DNA from: Alphaproteobacteria bacterium
GTDB taxonomy: Bacteria; Pseudomonadota; Alphaproteobacteria; MPNO01
Length of the DNA: 64,000 nucleotides
Reading direction: 5' to 3'
NCBI GenBank assembly: GCA_965248835.1
Contig: CBDFLJ010000001.1
Location: 1,888,001 to 1,952,000, forward strand
Shown here: one piece after another, positions 50,462 to 60,506 of the stretch
Layout: each line of letters begins with the position of its first letter
How positions within the stretch are numbered: position 1 is the stretch's first letter
Notes under the pieces: generated by a model
What the model was told of the DNA's origin: nothing
The model's database searches: none
What the model saw: the letters and a program-made list of their open reading frames with translations, nothing else
Translations under genes and position numbers: made by a program

Positions 50462-52825
50462 TCAGGAATGGGGGCGCAGCGGGTGCGGCTCAGGCGGTGG
50501 CGAGCGGATCGCCCGCCAGATGCGCTCGGAGGTCACTGGCATGTCGAGGTGAGTGACGCCGTGGTCGCGAAGGGCATCGGCGATCGCCCCGACCACGGCG
50601 GCCGTTGCCGGAGTCGTTCCCGCCTCGCCCGCCCCCTTGACGCCGAGCGGGTTGCTCGGTGCCGCGAGGCCAACGGCCATGCACAAGAAGGCTGGCAAGT
50701 CGCTGGCCCTGGGCAGGCAATAATCCATGAATGAACCGCAGATCAGCTGCCCTGACCCAGCGTCATAGGCGCTCTGCTCGAACAGCGCCTGTCCTATGCC
50801 CTGAGCAATACCTCCATGGATCTGCCCCTCGACGATCATCGGGTTGATAACCCGGCCCACGTCGTCGACGGTAACGTATCGCAGGATTTGGAGGGTCCCG
50901 GTCTCGGGATCGATCTCGACCTCACAGGCCGCAACTCCGTTCGGGTGAGCATGGAGCCGGGTCGAGATTTGGTTTGTCGTTTGGAGCGGACTGGACAGGC
51001 CTTCGGGTGTGCTGCCTCGCTCGGTGGCTTCGGCGGCCTCGAACAGATCCACCGAGCGGTCTGTGCCGAGGACTGTGAACCGGCCATCCGAATAGCCGAT
51101 GTCGGAGACCGCCGCCTCCAGCAGATGGGCGGCGATCTCACGGCCGCGCTCGATGATGTCCTTGCAGGCCCGCAAGATCACGGTCCCGGCGAGGCGCATG
51201 GAGCGGTCGGCATGCGTGCCCCCGCCGGTTACTGCTTGGTCTGAATCGCCGAAGACGATCGAAACCCGTTCGATCGGTATCTCCAGCGTCGCCGACACGA
51301 CTTGAGCGAAAGTCGTCTCGTGCCCCTGACCGGAGGCTTGGGTGCCGATGACCGCTTCGACCCGGCTCTCCTCGGTGAGGATGCGGATGTCGGTTCTCTC
51401 GTTGGGTGCGCCGGCCGGGGATTCGAGATAGTTCGCGATCCCGATGCCTGCGAGCCGCCCACGGGCCGCCGCCTTAGCGCGCCGGTCGGCGAAACCGTGC
51501 CAATCGATCGCTCGCACCGCTGTGTCGAAATTCTTGGTGAATGCCCCGGATTCGTACAGAAGTCCGAGCGCCGACCGATAGGGCAGTAATGCCCCGGGAA
51601 TCAGGTTGCGCCGGCGCAGTTCGGTGCGGTCCATTCCGAACTCGGCGGCCGCGAGGTCGATCAGGCGTTCGAGCAAGTGGGTCACCTCCGGCCTGCCCGC
51701 GCCGCGAAAGACCGACACCGGGACGGTGTTGGTGAAAGCGCCGCGCACAGAAACGTGCATGGACGGGACGTCGTAGGCGGGGCCGGACATACGCAGCAGG
51801 TTCGCCAGCACCGCGAGCGTGACGGGATGCGCCCCGACATTGCCGAGATACTCGAACCGGGCGGCGAGAATCCGCCCCGTATCGTCAAGCGCGATCGCAC
51901 CCTCGCATAGGACGTCGCGTGCCTGATAGTCCGACAGAAATGCATCGCTCCGGCTCGCCGTCCACTTGACCGGGCGTCCGATCCGGCGGGCCGCCCACAA
52001 CAACAGCGGATATTCGGAGTTGCAGGCCGACCGAAGCCCGAAGCCGCCGCCGACGTCGCCGGTCACCACGCGAACCGCCTCGGGCCGCACACCGAGCGCC
52101 GTCGCCAGCGCGCTCTTATAACGATGGACGCCCTGGCTTGGCGCCTGCAATGTGTAGACGCCGCGCCCGGCATCGAAGGTGCCAATCGCCGCCCTCGGCT
52201 CGATCGGGCAGCCGTTGACCCGGTGGTTCAACAACCCGCAGCGGACGATCCGATAGGCGGACGCGAACATTGCATCGGTTGCGGCACCATCGCCGTTTTC
52301 GGCCATGACGCAGACATTGTCGCGGTCCCAGATCCGCGGCGCCGAGGCCATGACGGCAGCACGCACATCGGTGACGGCGGGCAAGGGAGCATAGTCGACC
52401 TTGACCCGTTCCAAGGCATCGAGCGCGAAGTCCGGGGTCTCGGCGACTGCGATCGCTACAATTTCACCGACGTGGCGAACCCGGTCCGGGGCGATCGGCA
52501 GGCCGGCCGGCAGAGGGGGCAGTTCTCCAGGCGTAAAGGACGGCTTGCTCGGATCGAGATGATCCGCGACGTTGGCGTAGTGCGTGAGAGCACCGAGCCC
52601 GTCGGCGACATATTCACGAGCCGTGAGCACGGTGAGAACGCCCGGCAACGAGGCCGCTTTCGCTGTATCGATCCGCGCGATGTCGGCATGGGCGTGGGGC
52701 GAGCGTAGAAAGCATGCGTAGGCCTGCCCGGCCTCGTTAAGGTCGTCGGTGAACCGGCCGGTTCCGGTGAGAAGCCGCCGGTCCTCCTTCCGCGCGATGC
52801 TCTCGCCGATCGCCGTGCCCGCCAT
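50462..52825 (-). CDS. Xanthine dehydrogenase family Mo subunit (form II CoxL-like)
   Basis: RKEDRRLLTG, RSPHAHA, DVGGGFG, FRGAGRPE, GQGHET and KGAGEAG. Confidence 0.9.
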   Translation of the reverse strand: MAGTAIGESIARKEDRRLLTGTGRFTDDLNEAGQAYACFLRSPHAHADIARIDTAKAASLPGVLTVLTAREYVADGLGALTHYANVADHLDPSKPSFTPGELPPLPAGLPIAPDRVRHVGEIVAIAVAETPDFALDALERVKVDYAPLPAVTDVRAAVMASAPRIWDRDNVCVMAENGDGAATDAMFASAYRIVRCGLLNHRVNGCPIEPRAAIGTFDAGRGVYTLQAPSQGVHRYKSALATALGVRPEAVRVVTGDVGGGFGLRSACNSEYPLLLWAARRIGRPVKWTASRSDAFLSDYQARDVLCEGAIALDDTGRILAARFEYLGNVGAHPVTLAVLANLLRMSGPAYDVPSMHVSVRGAFTNTVPVSVFRGAGRPEVTHLLERLIDLAAAEFGMDRTELRRRNLIPGALLPYRSALGLLYESGAFTKNFDTAVRAIDWHGFADRRAKAAARGRLAGIGIANYLESPAGAPNERTDIRILTEESRVEAVIGTQASGQGHETTFAQVVSATLEIPIERVSIVFGDSDQAVTGGGTHADRSMRLAGTVILRACKDIIERGREIAAHLLEAAVSDIGYSDGRFTVLGTDRSVDLFEAAEATERGSTPEGLSSPLQTTNQISTRLHAHPNGVAACEVEIDPETGTLQILRYVTVDDVGRVINPMIVEGQIHGGIAQGIGQALFEQSAYDAGSGQLICGSFMDYCLPRASDLPAFLCMAVGLAAPSNPLGVKGAGEAGTTPATAAVVGAIADALRDHGVTHLDMPVTSERIWRAIRSPPPEPHPLRPHS

Positions 52826-53114
52826 CTCGCCCTCCCCAAGACCCGCTATCGTCGGATCGATTGGGGAGTTTGGATGACATTGCGCCACCAGGCCAGCGCA
52901 TGATCGGTACACGCCCCGGGCGCTGGACCCGATTGGGGGGGCGGCGTTGTCGCAGAATGTGCGAAGCCGTGCGCAGGGCCGTCCGAATGGCCGCCGAGCC
53001 AATTGTCGTGGCCGCACGGAAGCGCATCGGTACACGCCGCGACCGCTTCGAACCCTAGGAATGCACCAGCGATTTCAAAACGCCGGCGATGACCCAACCT
53101 GAAAACCGAACGGT

Positions 53115-54659
53115 CTAGGCGCCGTCTTCGAAGCCGTATTCGGCCCAGCGGCTTTCGACCTTGTCGAGGTCTTCGCGGTGGGGCATGACGGTGGGCGGGT
53201 AGCGCTCGCCGTCGTAGCTCTCCTCGGGCTCGAAATCGAGATTGACGGTGGCATCGATGAGCACCCGGCACCACTTGCCGGTGCCATAGAGCATCGGGTC
53301 GCGATCCTTGAGCCGGGTCGAAGGGTCGAGCAGCGAGCCCCAGGAGCCGGGGAAAAAGACGATATCGTCCTCGGCCGCGTTGACCCGGTAGGCGAACGCC
53401 CAGTCGAGCGCGGCATAGTCGTGGATGTCGATGTCCTCGTCGACAACCCAGATGTGCTTGTAGCGCAGATGAGAGGCATTGGAGCCCCAGATCGCCGCGG
53501 CCGCTTGCTTTGCCTGGCCGCGATAGGTCTGGCGGAGTTGGATCATCAAGGTGGTGCCGTTATTGGCCGGCGCGCAGTGGACGTCCCGCACCCCGGGCAC
53601 GCCGGCGCGCTCGAGCACGTTCCAGGCCACGCCCGCGCGCTGCACCGAGCTGGTGATCGAGTTCTCGTTCAGCATCTTGGGCAGCGTGCCCTCCAGCGTG
53701 CCGCGGTGGATCGAGCCGTCGCGGTAGGTCACACATGTCACCTTGGTGACGTGCTTGGGCCCCTGGTCGCCGCCGAAATAGCCGGTGTACTCGCCGAACG
53801 GCCCCTCCTGCTCGAAGGTCGCGGGGTCGGGGTCGATGAAGCCTTCGATGACCATCTCGGCATCGGCCGGCACCATCAGGTCCGAGGTCTCGCACTTGAC
53901 CAGCGGCACCGGCGCGCCGCGCATCGCGCCCATGACTTCGTACTCCGAGACCCCGGTCGGAATCGGCGCCGAGGCGCAATACGGCATCACCGGCTCCCAG
54001 CCATAGACGTGGGCGACCGGCATCTTCTGGCCGCGGTCGGCCCATTTCTGAAAATGAACGCCCCAGTTCTGCGCCCGCCACAGCAGCACCGGCAGCGTGT
54101 CTTTCTGGCCCAGCATGCCGCGATAGATGCCGATATTGTGGACTCCGGTGTCGGGGTCCATGGTCACCGTGGCCTGGTAGGTGTTGATATAACGCCCGCC
54201 GTCCTCGCGGTGCCAGCGCGGCACCGGCACCTTGTAGATGTCGATGTCGGCGCCGGTGACGATGTTTTCCTTGACCTTGCCGTCCTTGACCGTCACCGGC
54301 GCGACCCGCTGCTGGAGGTAGTGGCGGGTCGCCAGCACCAGGTCGCGGATCGGCGCGTCCTTGGGCAGTCCCAGCATCATGGCCACGCGCGAATAGTTCG
54401 ACAGCCCGCCGGTGAAGACCGCGCGCGACCACACGTCGTCATCGGCCCCGTAGCCGGTGATGTTCTCGAACATCAGCGCCGGGCCGTGGCCCTCGCCGAA
54501 GGTCTTGCGCGCGATCGTGCCCAGCTCGCAGTTCCAATCGACCTCGGCGCCGATGCGGTGCAGCTCGCCCTCGATATCGAGCGCCTCGATCCAGCCGCGC
54601 AGATCGCCGAAGCTCCGCGGCTGCAGGCGGTTGGAGAGCCCTGCGGGTTGTTCACTCAC
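53115..54659 (-). CDS. UbiD family prFMN-dependent (de)carboxylase, copy 1
   Basis: GPALMFENI, DGGRYI, NIGIYR, EGPFGEYTGY, VVDEDIDI and LIDAT. Confidence 0.93.
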   Translation of the reverse strand: MSEQPAGLSNRLQPRSFGDLRGWIEALDIEGELHRIGAEVDWNCELGTIARKTFGEGHGPALMFENITGYGADDDVWSRAVFTGGLSNYSRVAMMLGLPKDAPIRDLVLATRHYLQQRVAPVTVKDGKVKENIVTGADIDIYKVPVPRWHREDGGRYINTYQATVTMDPDTGVHNIGIYRGMLGQKDTLPVLLWRAQNWGVHFQKWADRGQKMPVAHVYGWEPVMPYCASAPIPTGVSEYEVMGAMRGAPVPLVKCETSDLMVPADAEMVIEGFIDPDPATFEQEGPFGEYTGYFGGDQGPKHVTKVTCVTYRDGSIHRGTLEGTLPKMLNENSITSSVQRAGVAWNVLERAGVPGVRDVHCAPANNGTTLMIQLRQTYRGQAKQAAAAIWGSNASHLRYKHIWVVDEDIDIHDYAALDWAFAYRVNAAEDDIVFFPGSWGSLLDPSTRLKDRDPMLYGTGKWCRVLIDATVNLDFEPEESYDGERYPPTVMPHREDLDKVESRWAEYGFEDGA

Positions 54660-54668
54660 ATCCTGCTC

Positions 54669-56201
54669 CTATCTCAGATCGTCGAGGCCGAGCTCGGAGA
54701 AGCGCGCGCGTGCAGCCTCCTGATCCTCGGCCGAGGGCTCGACGGTCGGCGGGTAGCGCCTGCCGCCGCGGTCGGGCGGGTAGTCGAGGTTGATCGTCGC
54801 ATCGATCAGCACGCGGTGCCACTTGCCGGTGCCGAACAGATGGACGTCGGCATCGCGGCGGCGGACCGAGGGGTCGAGCCCCGCCCCCCAGGTCGCAGGG
54901 TAGATCACGATATCGCCCTCGCCCGCGTTGACCCGCCATGCGAGCGCCCAGTCGACGGCGGCATAGTCGTGAATGTCGATGTCCTCATCGACAACGATGA
55001 CATGCTTGTAGCGGACGTGCGAAGACGAATCGCCCCACAGCGCCGCCGCGGCCTGCTTGGCTTGGCCGCGATAGGTCTGGCGCATCTGGACGAGCATGTT
55101 GACTCCGGCGTGGATCGGCTGGCCGAAGACATCGGTGATGCCGGGGACGCCGGCCCGGTCGAGCGCGTTCCAGGCCGAGGCCGAGCGCTGGATCGAGCTC
55201 ATCACCGGGTTCTCGGCATAGCTGTAGGGAAGCGCGCCTTCGAGCGTCCCGCGGAAGATCGGCCGGTCCCGGTGGGTGATCGCGCTCACCCGCGTGGTGT
55301 GCTTCCTGGTCACCTCGGTCGCGTAGTAACCGGTGAACTCGGCATAGGGGCCTTCCTCGGCGAAAGTCTCGGGGTCGGACGAAATCCAGCCTTCGATGAC
55401 GATCTCCGCGGCGGCCGGGACCATGAGCGGCACCGTCTCGCAGGGCACCAGCTCGACCGGCGCGCCCCTGATCGCGCCCATCACGTCGTATTCGGAGATC
55501 TGGCGCGGCACCGGCGCGCCGGCGGTGAACCCCATCGAAGGCTCCCAGCCGATGACATAGGCAACCGGCATTTCCTCGCCGCGCTCGACATATTTGCTGA
55601 AATGCCCGCCCCAATGCTGGGCGCGCCACATCAGCACGGCAATGCGGTCGCGATCGACCACCATCCCGCGGTAGATCCCGACATTGTGCAGGTCGGTGTC
55701 GGGGTCCTTGGTCACGCAGCCGGCATAGGTCAGCACGTAGCGCCCGCCGTCGAGCCGGTTCCACCGGGGCACCGGGAGCTTCAGCAGATCGATGTCATCG
55801 CCGGTCAGGATGTTCTGCTTCACCGGTCCGGTGCCGACTACGACGGGCGCGATGCGCTCGGTAAAGATGGTCTTGCAGATCTTGACCAGTTCGCGCGCCG
55901 GGGTGTCCTGGGGCAGGCCGAACATCATCGCCAGCCTGGAATAGCTGCCCTGCCCGCCGACGAAGATCTCCCGGCATAGCGCGTCGGCGCCGTTGTAGTC
56001 CTTGATGTTGCTGAACAGCAGCGCCGGCCTGTCGCCCTTGCCCTGGACCATCCGGTAGATGGTGCCGAGCTCGACGTCCCAGTCGACCTCGCCGGTGATC
56101 TCCTTCAGCTCGCCCGCCTCGCGCAGAGCCTCGATCCAGCCCCGCATATCGCCATGGGCGACCGGCGTGCGCATCTCGGCAAGACCGCTTTTCACATCCA
56201 C
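54669..56201 (-). CDS. UbiD family prFMN-dependent (de)carboxylase, copy 2
   Basis: PALLFSNI, DGGRYV, NVGIYR, EGPYAEFTGY and LIDAT; start is GTG 56201 (GAGGT RBS) or ATG 56174. Confidence 0.92.
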   Translation of the reverse strand: MDVKSGLAEMRTPVAHGDMRGWIEALREAGELKEITGEVDWDVELGTIYRMVQGKGDRPALLFSNIKDYNGADALCREIFVGGQGSYSRLAMMFGLPQDTPARELVKICKTIFTERIAPVVVGTGPVKQNILTGDDIDLLKLPVPRWNRLDGGRYVLTYAGCVTKDPDTDLHNVGIYRGMVVDRDRIAVLMWRAQHWGGHFSKYVERGEEMPVAYVIGWEPSMGFTAGAPVPRQISEYDVMGAIRGAPVELVPCETVPLMVPAAAEIVIEGWISSDPETFAEEGPYAEFTGYYATEVTRKHTTRVSAITHRDRPIFRGTLEGALPYSYAENPVMSSIQRSASAWNALDRAGVPGITDVFGQPIHAGVNMLVQMRQTYRGQAKQAAAALWGDSSSHVRYKHVIVVDEDIDIHDYAAVDWALAWRVNAGEGDIVIYPATWGAGLDPSVRRRDADVHLFGTGKWHRVLIDATINLDYPPDRGGRRYPPTVEPSAEDQEAARARFSELGLDDLR

Positions 56202-56315
56202 AATCCAGACCTCATCCCCGTTGGCGGGCGTCGGCATGATAATCAGGCCGTCCGCGCCGTCCAGGGCGGCGGCGGTTGACACCGGCCGGCCCGGCGCGGA
56301 CCATCCGGGCCCGAG

Positions 56316-57635
56316 ATGAACGCCCAAAGCTATATCGACGACCGGCCCGCGGACGAGGTCTTTCGGGTCAGGCGCGCGGCATTCGTCGATCCGGACCTGT
56401 TCGAGGCCGAGATCGAGCGGATCTTTCATCGCACCTGGAATTATCTGTGCCACGAAAGTCAGCTCGCCCAACGCGGCGATTACCTCGCCACGGCGATCGG
56501 CCGACAGCCGGTGTTCGTGATCCGCGGGCTGGACGGGCAATTGCGCTGCTTCCACGACTCGTGTCCGCACCGCGGATCGATGCTGACGCGGGCGCGCGCC
56601 GGCTGCTCGCCGACCATCACCTGCCGCTATCACGGCTGGACGTTCAACGCCGACGGTAAATGTTTGCGGGTGCGCGGCCGCGACCGCAGCTACGAGGAAA
56701 GCGCGCTGGCGCGGCTGGGCACCGACCTCAAGCCGGTGGCGCGGACCGCGAGCTATCGCGGCTTCGTCTTCGCCAGCCTGGACGAAGGCGTCGCGGACCT
56801 TGAGCGGTTTCTCGGCGGGGCGCGGCCGTTCGTCGACCTGATGGCCGATCAGTCCGAACACGGCATGGAGGTGCTCAAGGGCGAGAGCCGCTATGTGATG
56901 CGGGCGAACTGGAAGCTGCAGACGGAGAACTCGACCGACGGCTATCACGTCGCGACCGTACACCGCAATTTCGCCCACACGGTCCGCCACCGCGAGGCGA
57001 TGACCGGCGAGGCGCACGATGGCCGGGCCAGGACCGAGGCGAGCCGGATCCTCGACCTGGAATCCATCCAATCGGGCGGCTACGACGTCGGCAACGGGCA
57101 CATGATCAACTGGTCGGACCGGGGCACGCCGGAAGCCGCGCCGCTGAACGAGGCCCGCGCTTCGCTGGTCGCCCGCTTCGGCGAAGGCAAGGCGCGCTGG
57201 ATGATCGACCGCGGCCGGACGGTGACGATCTTTCCCAATTTCTTCCTCAACGATGTGGCCTCGACCTGCATCCGGGTCTGGCGGCCGATCGAGGTCGGGC
57301 TCACCGAGATCGACACCTGGTGCCTGGCGCCGGTCGGCGAGAGCGCGCAGGCCCGCCGGGCGCGGATCCGCAAATACGAGGATTTCTTCCTGCCCTCGAG
57401 CCTCGCCGTGCCCGATGACGTGCGCGCGATGGAGGTCGCCCATGCCGGGGCCAAGGCGGCCGGCGGGGCGGCATGGAACGACCTGGCGCTCGGCAGGGCG
57501 ACGATGATCGCGGGTGCGGATGCGGCCGCGGCCGAGATCGGCGCAACCCCGCTGACCAGCAATCCGGGCCGCGAAAGCGAGACGCCGTTCTACGGCTTCT
57601 GGCGCGAATGGCAGCGCCGGCTGGATGCGCCGTGA
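56316..57635 (+). CDS. Rieske dioxygenase alpha subunit (BenA/AntA-like, divergent)
   Basis: CPH...CRYH, NWKLQTENSTDGYHVATVH and RIRKYEDFF...PDD. Confidence 0.88.
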   Translation: MNAQSYIDDRPADEVFRVRRAAFVDPDLFEAEIERIFHRTWNYLCHESQLAQRGDYLATAIGRQPVFVIRGLDGQLRCFHDSCPHRGSMLTRARAGCSPTITCRYHGWTFNADGKCLRVRGRDRSYEESALARLGTDLKPVARTASYRGFVFASLDEGVADLERFLGGARPFVDLMADQSEHGMEVLKGESRYVMRANWKLQTENSTDGYHVATVHRNFAHTVRHREAMTGEAHDGRARTEASRILDLESIQSGGYDVGNGHMINWSDRGTPEAAPLNEARASLVARFGEGKARWMIDRGRTVTIFPNFFLNDVASTCIRVWRPIEVGLTEIDTWCLAPVGESAQARRARIRKYEDFFLPSSLAVPDDVRAMEVAHAGAKAAGGAAWNDLALGRATMIAGADAAAAEIGATPLTSNPGRESETPFYGFWREWQRRLDAP

Positions 57636-58132
57636 GCGGCTTCGATCCGGCGCTGACCGCCGAGGTTGCGGATTTGCTGTACCGCGAGGCCTTTCACCTC
57701 GACCGCCGCGAATGGGACCGCTGGCTGGCGCTGTATGCCGAGGACGCTCTGTTCTGGGCCCCCGCGCTTGCCGGCGATGAGGGGTTCACCACAGATCCGG
57801 ACAACGAGATCAGCCTGATCCATCTCGACCGCACGGGGCTTCAGGCGCGCGTCTTTCGCATCGAATCCGGGGACTCGTATGCCAACATGCCCTTGCCGAT
57901 GACCGCGCACCTGATCACCAATGTCCGGGTCGTGGACGCCGGCAAGGCGCGGATCGAGGCGGCCGCGTGCTGGCTGGTAACGAGCTTCCGGCGGATCGAG
58001 CCGCCGATCACCCGCGCCGGGCTCTACGACCACACCCTGAGGCGCGGCGCGGCAGGCCTGGAGATCGTCAAAAAGACCGTGCGCATCCTCGATGACCGCA
58101 TCGTCGGGCCGATCGATATCTTCAACATATGA
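57632..58132 (+). CDS. Rieske dioxygenase beta subunit (BenB-like)
   Basis: LLYREAFHLDRREWDRWL, EISLI and HLITNV; GTGA overlap. Confidence 0.88.
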   Translation: MSGFDPALTAEVADLLYREAFHLDRREWDRWLALYAEDALFWAPALAGDEGFTTDPDNEISLIHLDRTGLQARVFRIESGDSYANMPLPMTAHLITNVRVVDAGKARIEAAACWLVTSFRRIEPPITRAGLYDHTLRRGAAGLEIVKKTVRILDDRIVGPIDIFNI

Positions 58133-58144
58133 GGCCCGGAAGAA

Positions 58145-59260
58145 ATGCCGCCTGCACCCCCGTTTCGCGCCGAGCATATCGGAAGCCTGCTGCGTCCGGC
58201 CGAGCTGCTGGCCGCACGCGCCGGTTTCGATGCCGGCGAGATCGATGAAACCGCGCTGACCGCGATAGAGGACGCGGCGATCCGCGATGCCGTGGCATTG
58301 CAGGAATCCGTCGGTCTGCAGGTGATCACCGACGGAGAGTTCCGCCGAGGCACCTATTCGGACAATTTCACGACATCGGGGATCGGCGGGGTGGTGGCGG
58401 AATTCACCGGCGGCGGGCGGTGGGCCTATACCGACCGCCACGGCCACAGGACGCCGGCGCGCGTCCCCCGCGTGGTCGACCGGCTGCGCTGGAAGGGTGC
58501 GGCCAACCGCGCGCCGTTCGACTTTCTCGCCGGGCTTACCGAGCGGACGATCAAGCTCACCCTGCCCGGGCCGTGCTATATCCACTACCGCGCCGGACGC
58601 GAGAACATCAGCGCCGACGTCTACCCCGACCTCGACGATTTCTGGTCCGACCTCGTGGCCTGCTATGCCAGCGAGCTCGAGGCGCTGGCCGCGGCGGGCT
58701 GCGGCTACGTCCAGCTCGACGAGACCGCGCTCGCCAAGCTCGGCGATCCCGGAATTCGCGATGGGCTGGCCGCGCGGGGCGATGACTGGCGGGATCTGCT
58801 CGACGTCTATATCGAGGCGATCAACGCGGTGGCTGCGGCTGCGCCTGCCGGCATGCGGCTCGCCATCCATCTGTGCCGCGGCAACAACCGGGGCCATTGG
58901 CAGGCCGAGGGCGGCTACGACGACATCGCCGAAGCCCTGTTCAAGCGGCTCGATATCGATCTGTATTTCCTGGAGTACGACAGCCCGCGCGCCGGCACGT
59001 TCGAGCCGCTCGCCGAGGTGCCCGAGGGCAAGTCGGTCGTGCTCGGCCTGGTCTCCACCAAGCTCGGCACGCTCGAGGACGAGGCGCTCCTGATCGGGCG
59101 GATCTTCGATGCCTCCTCGCACGTCCCGCTCGACCGCCTGGCGATCAGCCCGCAATGCGGCTTCGCCTCGGCCGCGGAAGGAAACGAGATCACCACCGCC
59201 GAGCAGGAAGCAAAGCTCCGCCGGGTGGTTGCCGTCGCCCAACGGGTATGGGACCGATGA
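58145..59260 (+). CDS. MetE C-terminal-domain-like Zn enzyme (YxjH-type)
   Basis: FRAEHIGSLLRP, ITDGEFRR, HLCRGN, FLEYD and PQCGFAS. Confidence 0.9.
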   Translation: MPPAPPFRAEHIGSLLRPAELLAARAGFDAGEIDETALTAIEDAAIRDAVALQESVGLQVITDGEFRRGTYSDNFTTSGIGGVVAEFTGGGRWAYTDRHGHRTPARVPRVVDRLRWKGAANRAPFDFLAGLTERTIKLTLPGPCYIHYRAGRENISADVYPDLDDFWSDLVACYASELEALAAAGCGYVQLDETALAKLGDPGIRDGLAARGDDWRDLLDVYIEAINAVAAAAPAGMRLAIHLCRGNNRGHWQAEGGYDDIAEALFKRLDIDLYFLEYDSPRAGTFEPLAEVPEGKSVVLGLVSTKLGTLEDEALLIGRIFDASSHVPLDRLAISPQCGFASAAEGNEITTAEQEAKLRRVVAVAQRVWDR

Positions 59261-59303
59261 TGCGCTGTGGAACGCGATAGGGACCGGAACGGGAGAGCAT
59301 GCG

Positions 59304-60506
59304 ATGAGCCTGAAGCTTGAGCCGCCGGCCTTGCCGGATACGCACTATCTCGACAACCGGATCTTCACCGACCCGACGATATTCGCGCAGGAACAGGCGG
59401 ACATTTTCGAGAAGGTCTGGCTGTTCGTCTGCCACGAGAGCGAGATCGCCAGTCCGGGGGATTTCCGCACCACTACGGTCGCCGGCAAGCCCGTCCTCAT
59501 CGTGCGCGGGGCGGATGGATCGGTCCGCGCCTTCTACAACGTCTGCCGGCACCGCGCGGCGCCGGTGGTGCGCGAAGACGCCGGCAACGCCACCGGGTTC
59601 CAGTGCTTCTACCACTTGTGGACCTACGGGCTCGACGGTGCCTGCACCGGCATCTCCAAGCCCGACGGCTATAAGGCGGTGAAGCTGGACCGCGCCAAGC
59701 TCGGGCTGATCCCGGTGCGCTGCGAGACGATCGCAGGGCTCGTCTTCGTCTGCCTGGGCGAGGACGCAGAGCCGCTCGCCGACTATATCGGCGAGATCAT
59801 CGAGCCGGTGCTGGAGCCGCTCTCGCGCAAGCCGCTGGAGGTTTTCCATTTTCACAAGGTGGAGCTGGCGGCGAACTGGAAGCTGTGGCAGGACAACAAC
59901 AGCGAGCGCTATCACAGCCTGCTGCATTTCATAAACCGCAAGACCCAGCCGTGGGTGACCGGAAAGTCGAGCCCGATGAAGCTCAACATCGGATCGAACG
60001 GGCACAGCGGCTACTGGTCCGATGGCCAGGCGAGGGTGCATTACGACGCCGGCGGTTACGCCGAGGCAACGACCGGCGTCCTGCCGGGCCTGCGCGAGAA
60101 CGAGATGCGGGTGATCAACCTGTTCCCCGACCTGATGATCAACATCCGCGCCAACGTCATCCGGGTGGACCGCATGGTGCCGCTGGCGCCGGGCCGCACC
60201 CTGGTCGAGTGGCGCGGCCTCGGCCTTGCGGATGTCCCCGAGCAGGTCGGCCGCGAACGGCTGCGCCATCACAACATGTTCTGGGGGCCGGCGGGGCGCA
60301 ATCTCGGCGAGGACGTCATTGCGGTGGAAGCCCAGTGGGCGTCCATGAACACCGACGTGGTCCGCTACAGCATCCTTGCCCGCGAGGAGGCGTTGAACCC
60401 GACCGACGATGCCAACCTGCGGGCCTATTACAAGGAATGGGGCCGCCGGATGGCGCGCAAGCCCAGCGCGGCCTTGGAGGACGAGACGCGGCGGACGCCG
60501 ACATGA
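59304..60506 (+). CDS. Rieske oxygenase alpha subunit, methanesulfonate monooxygenase MsmA-like
   Basis: PDTHYL, CRH-x17-CFYH, EVFHFHK, NWKLWQDNNSERYH..LHFINR, WGPAGRNLGED and EWGRRM. Confidence 0.78.
   Translation: MSLKLEPPALPDTHYLDNRIFTDPTIFAQEQADIFEKVWLFVCHESEIASPGDFRTTTVAGKPVLIVRGADGSVRAFYNVCRHRAAPVVREDAGNATGFQCFYHLWTYGLDGACTGISKPDGYKAVKLDRAKLGLIPVRCETIAGLVFVCLGEDAEPLADYIGEIIEPVLEPLSRKPLEVFHFHKVELAANWKLWQDNNSERYHSLLHFINRKTQPWVTGKSSPMKLNIGSNGHSGYWSDGQARVHYDAGGYAEATTGVLPGLRENEMRVINLFPDLMINIRANVIRVDRMVPLAPGRTLVEWRGLGLADVPEQVGRERLRHHNMFWGPAGRNLGEDVIAVEAQWASMNTDVVRYSILAREEALNPTDDANLRAYYKEWGRRMARKPSAALEDETRRTPT

Noticed and set aside
50462-52825. Aerobic CO dehydrogenase
   Set aside because: Neither Mo subunit has the form I AYxCSFR motif (they have FRGAGR and YRGVG), and there are no coxMS or accessory cox genes.
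54669-57443. Apparent 924-aa UbiD fusion protein
   Set aside because: The N-terminal ~410 aa are the antisense of the Rieske gene. The real start is at about 56201.
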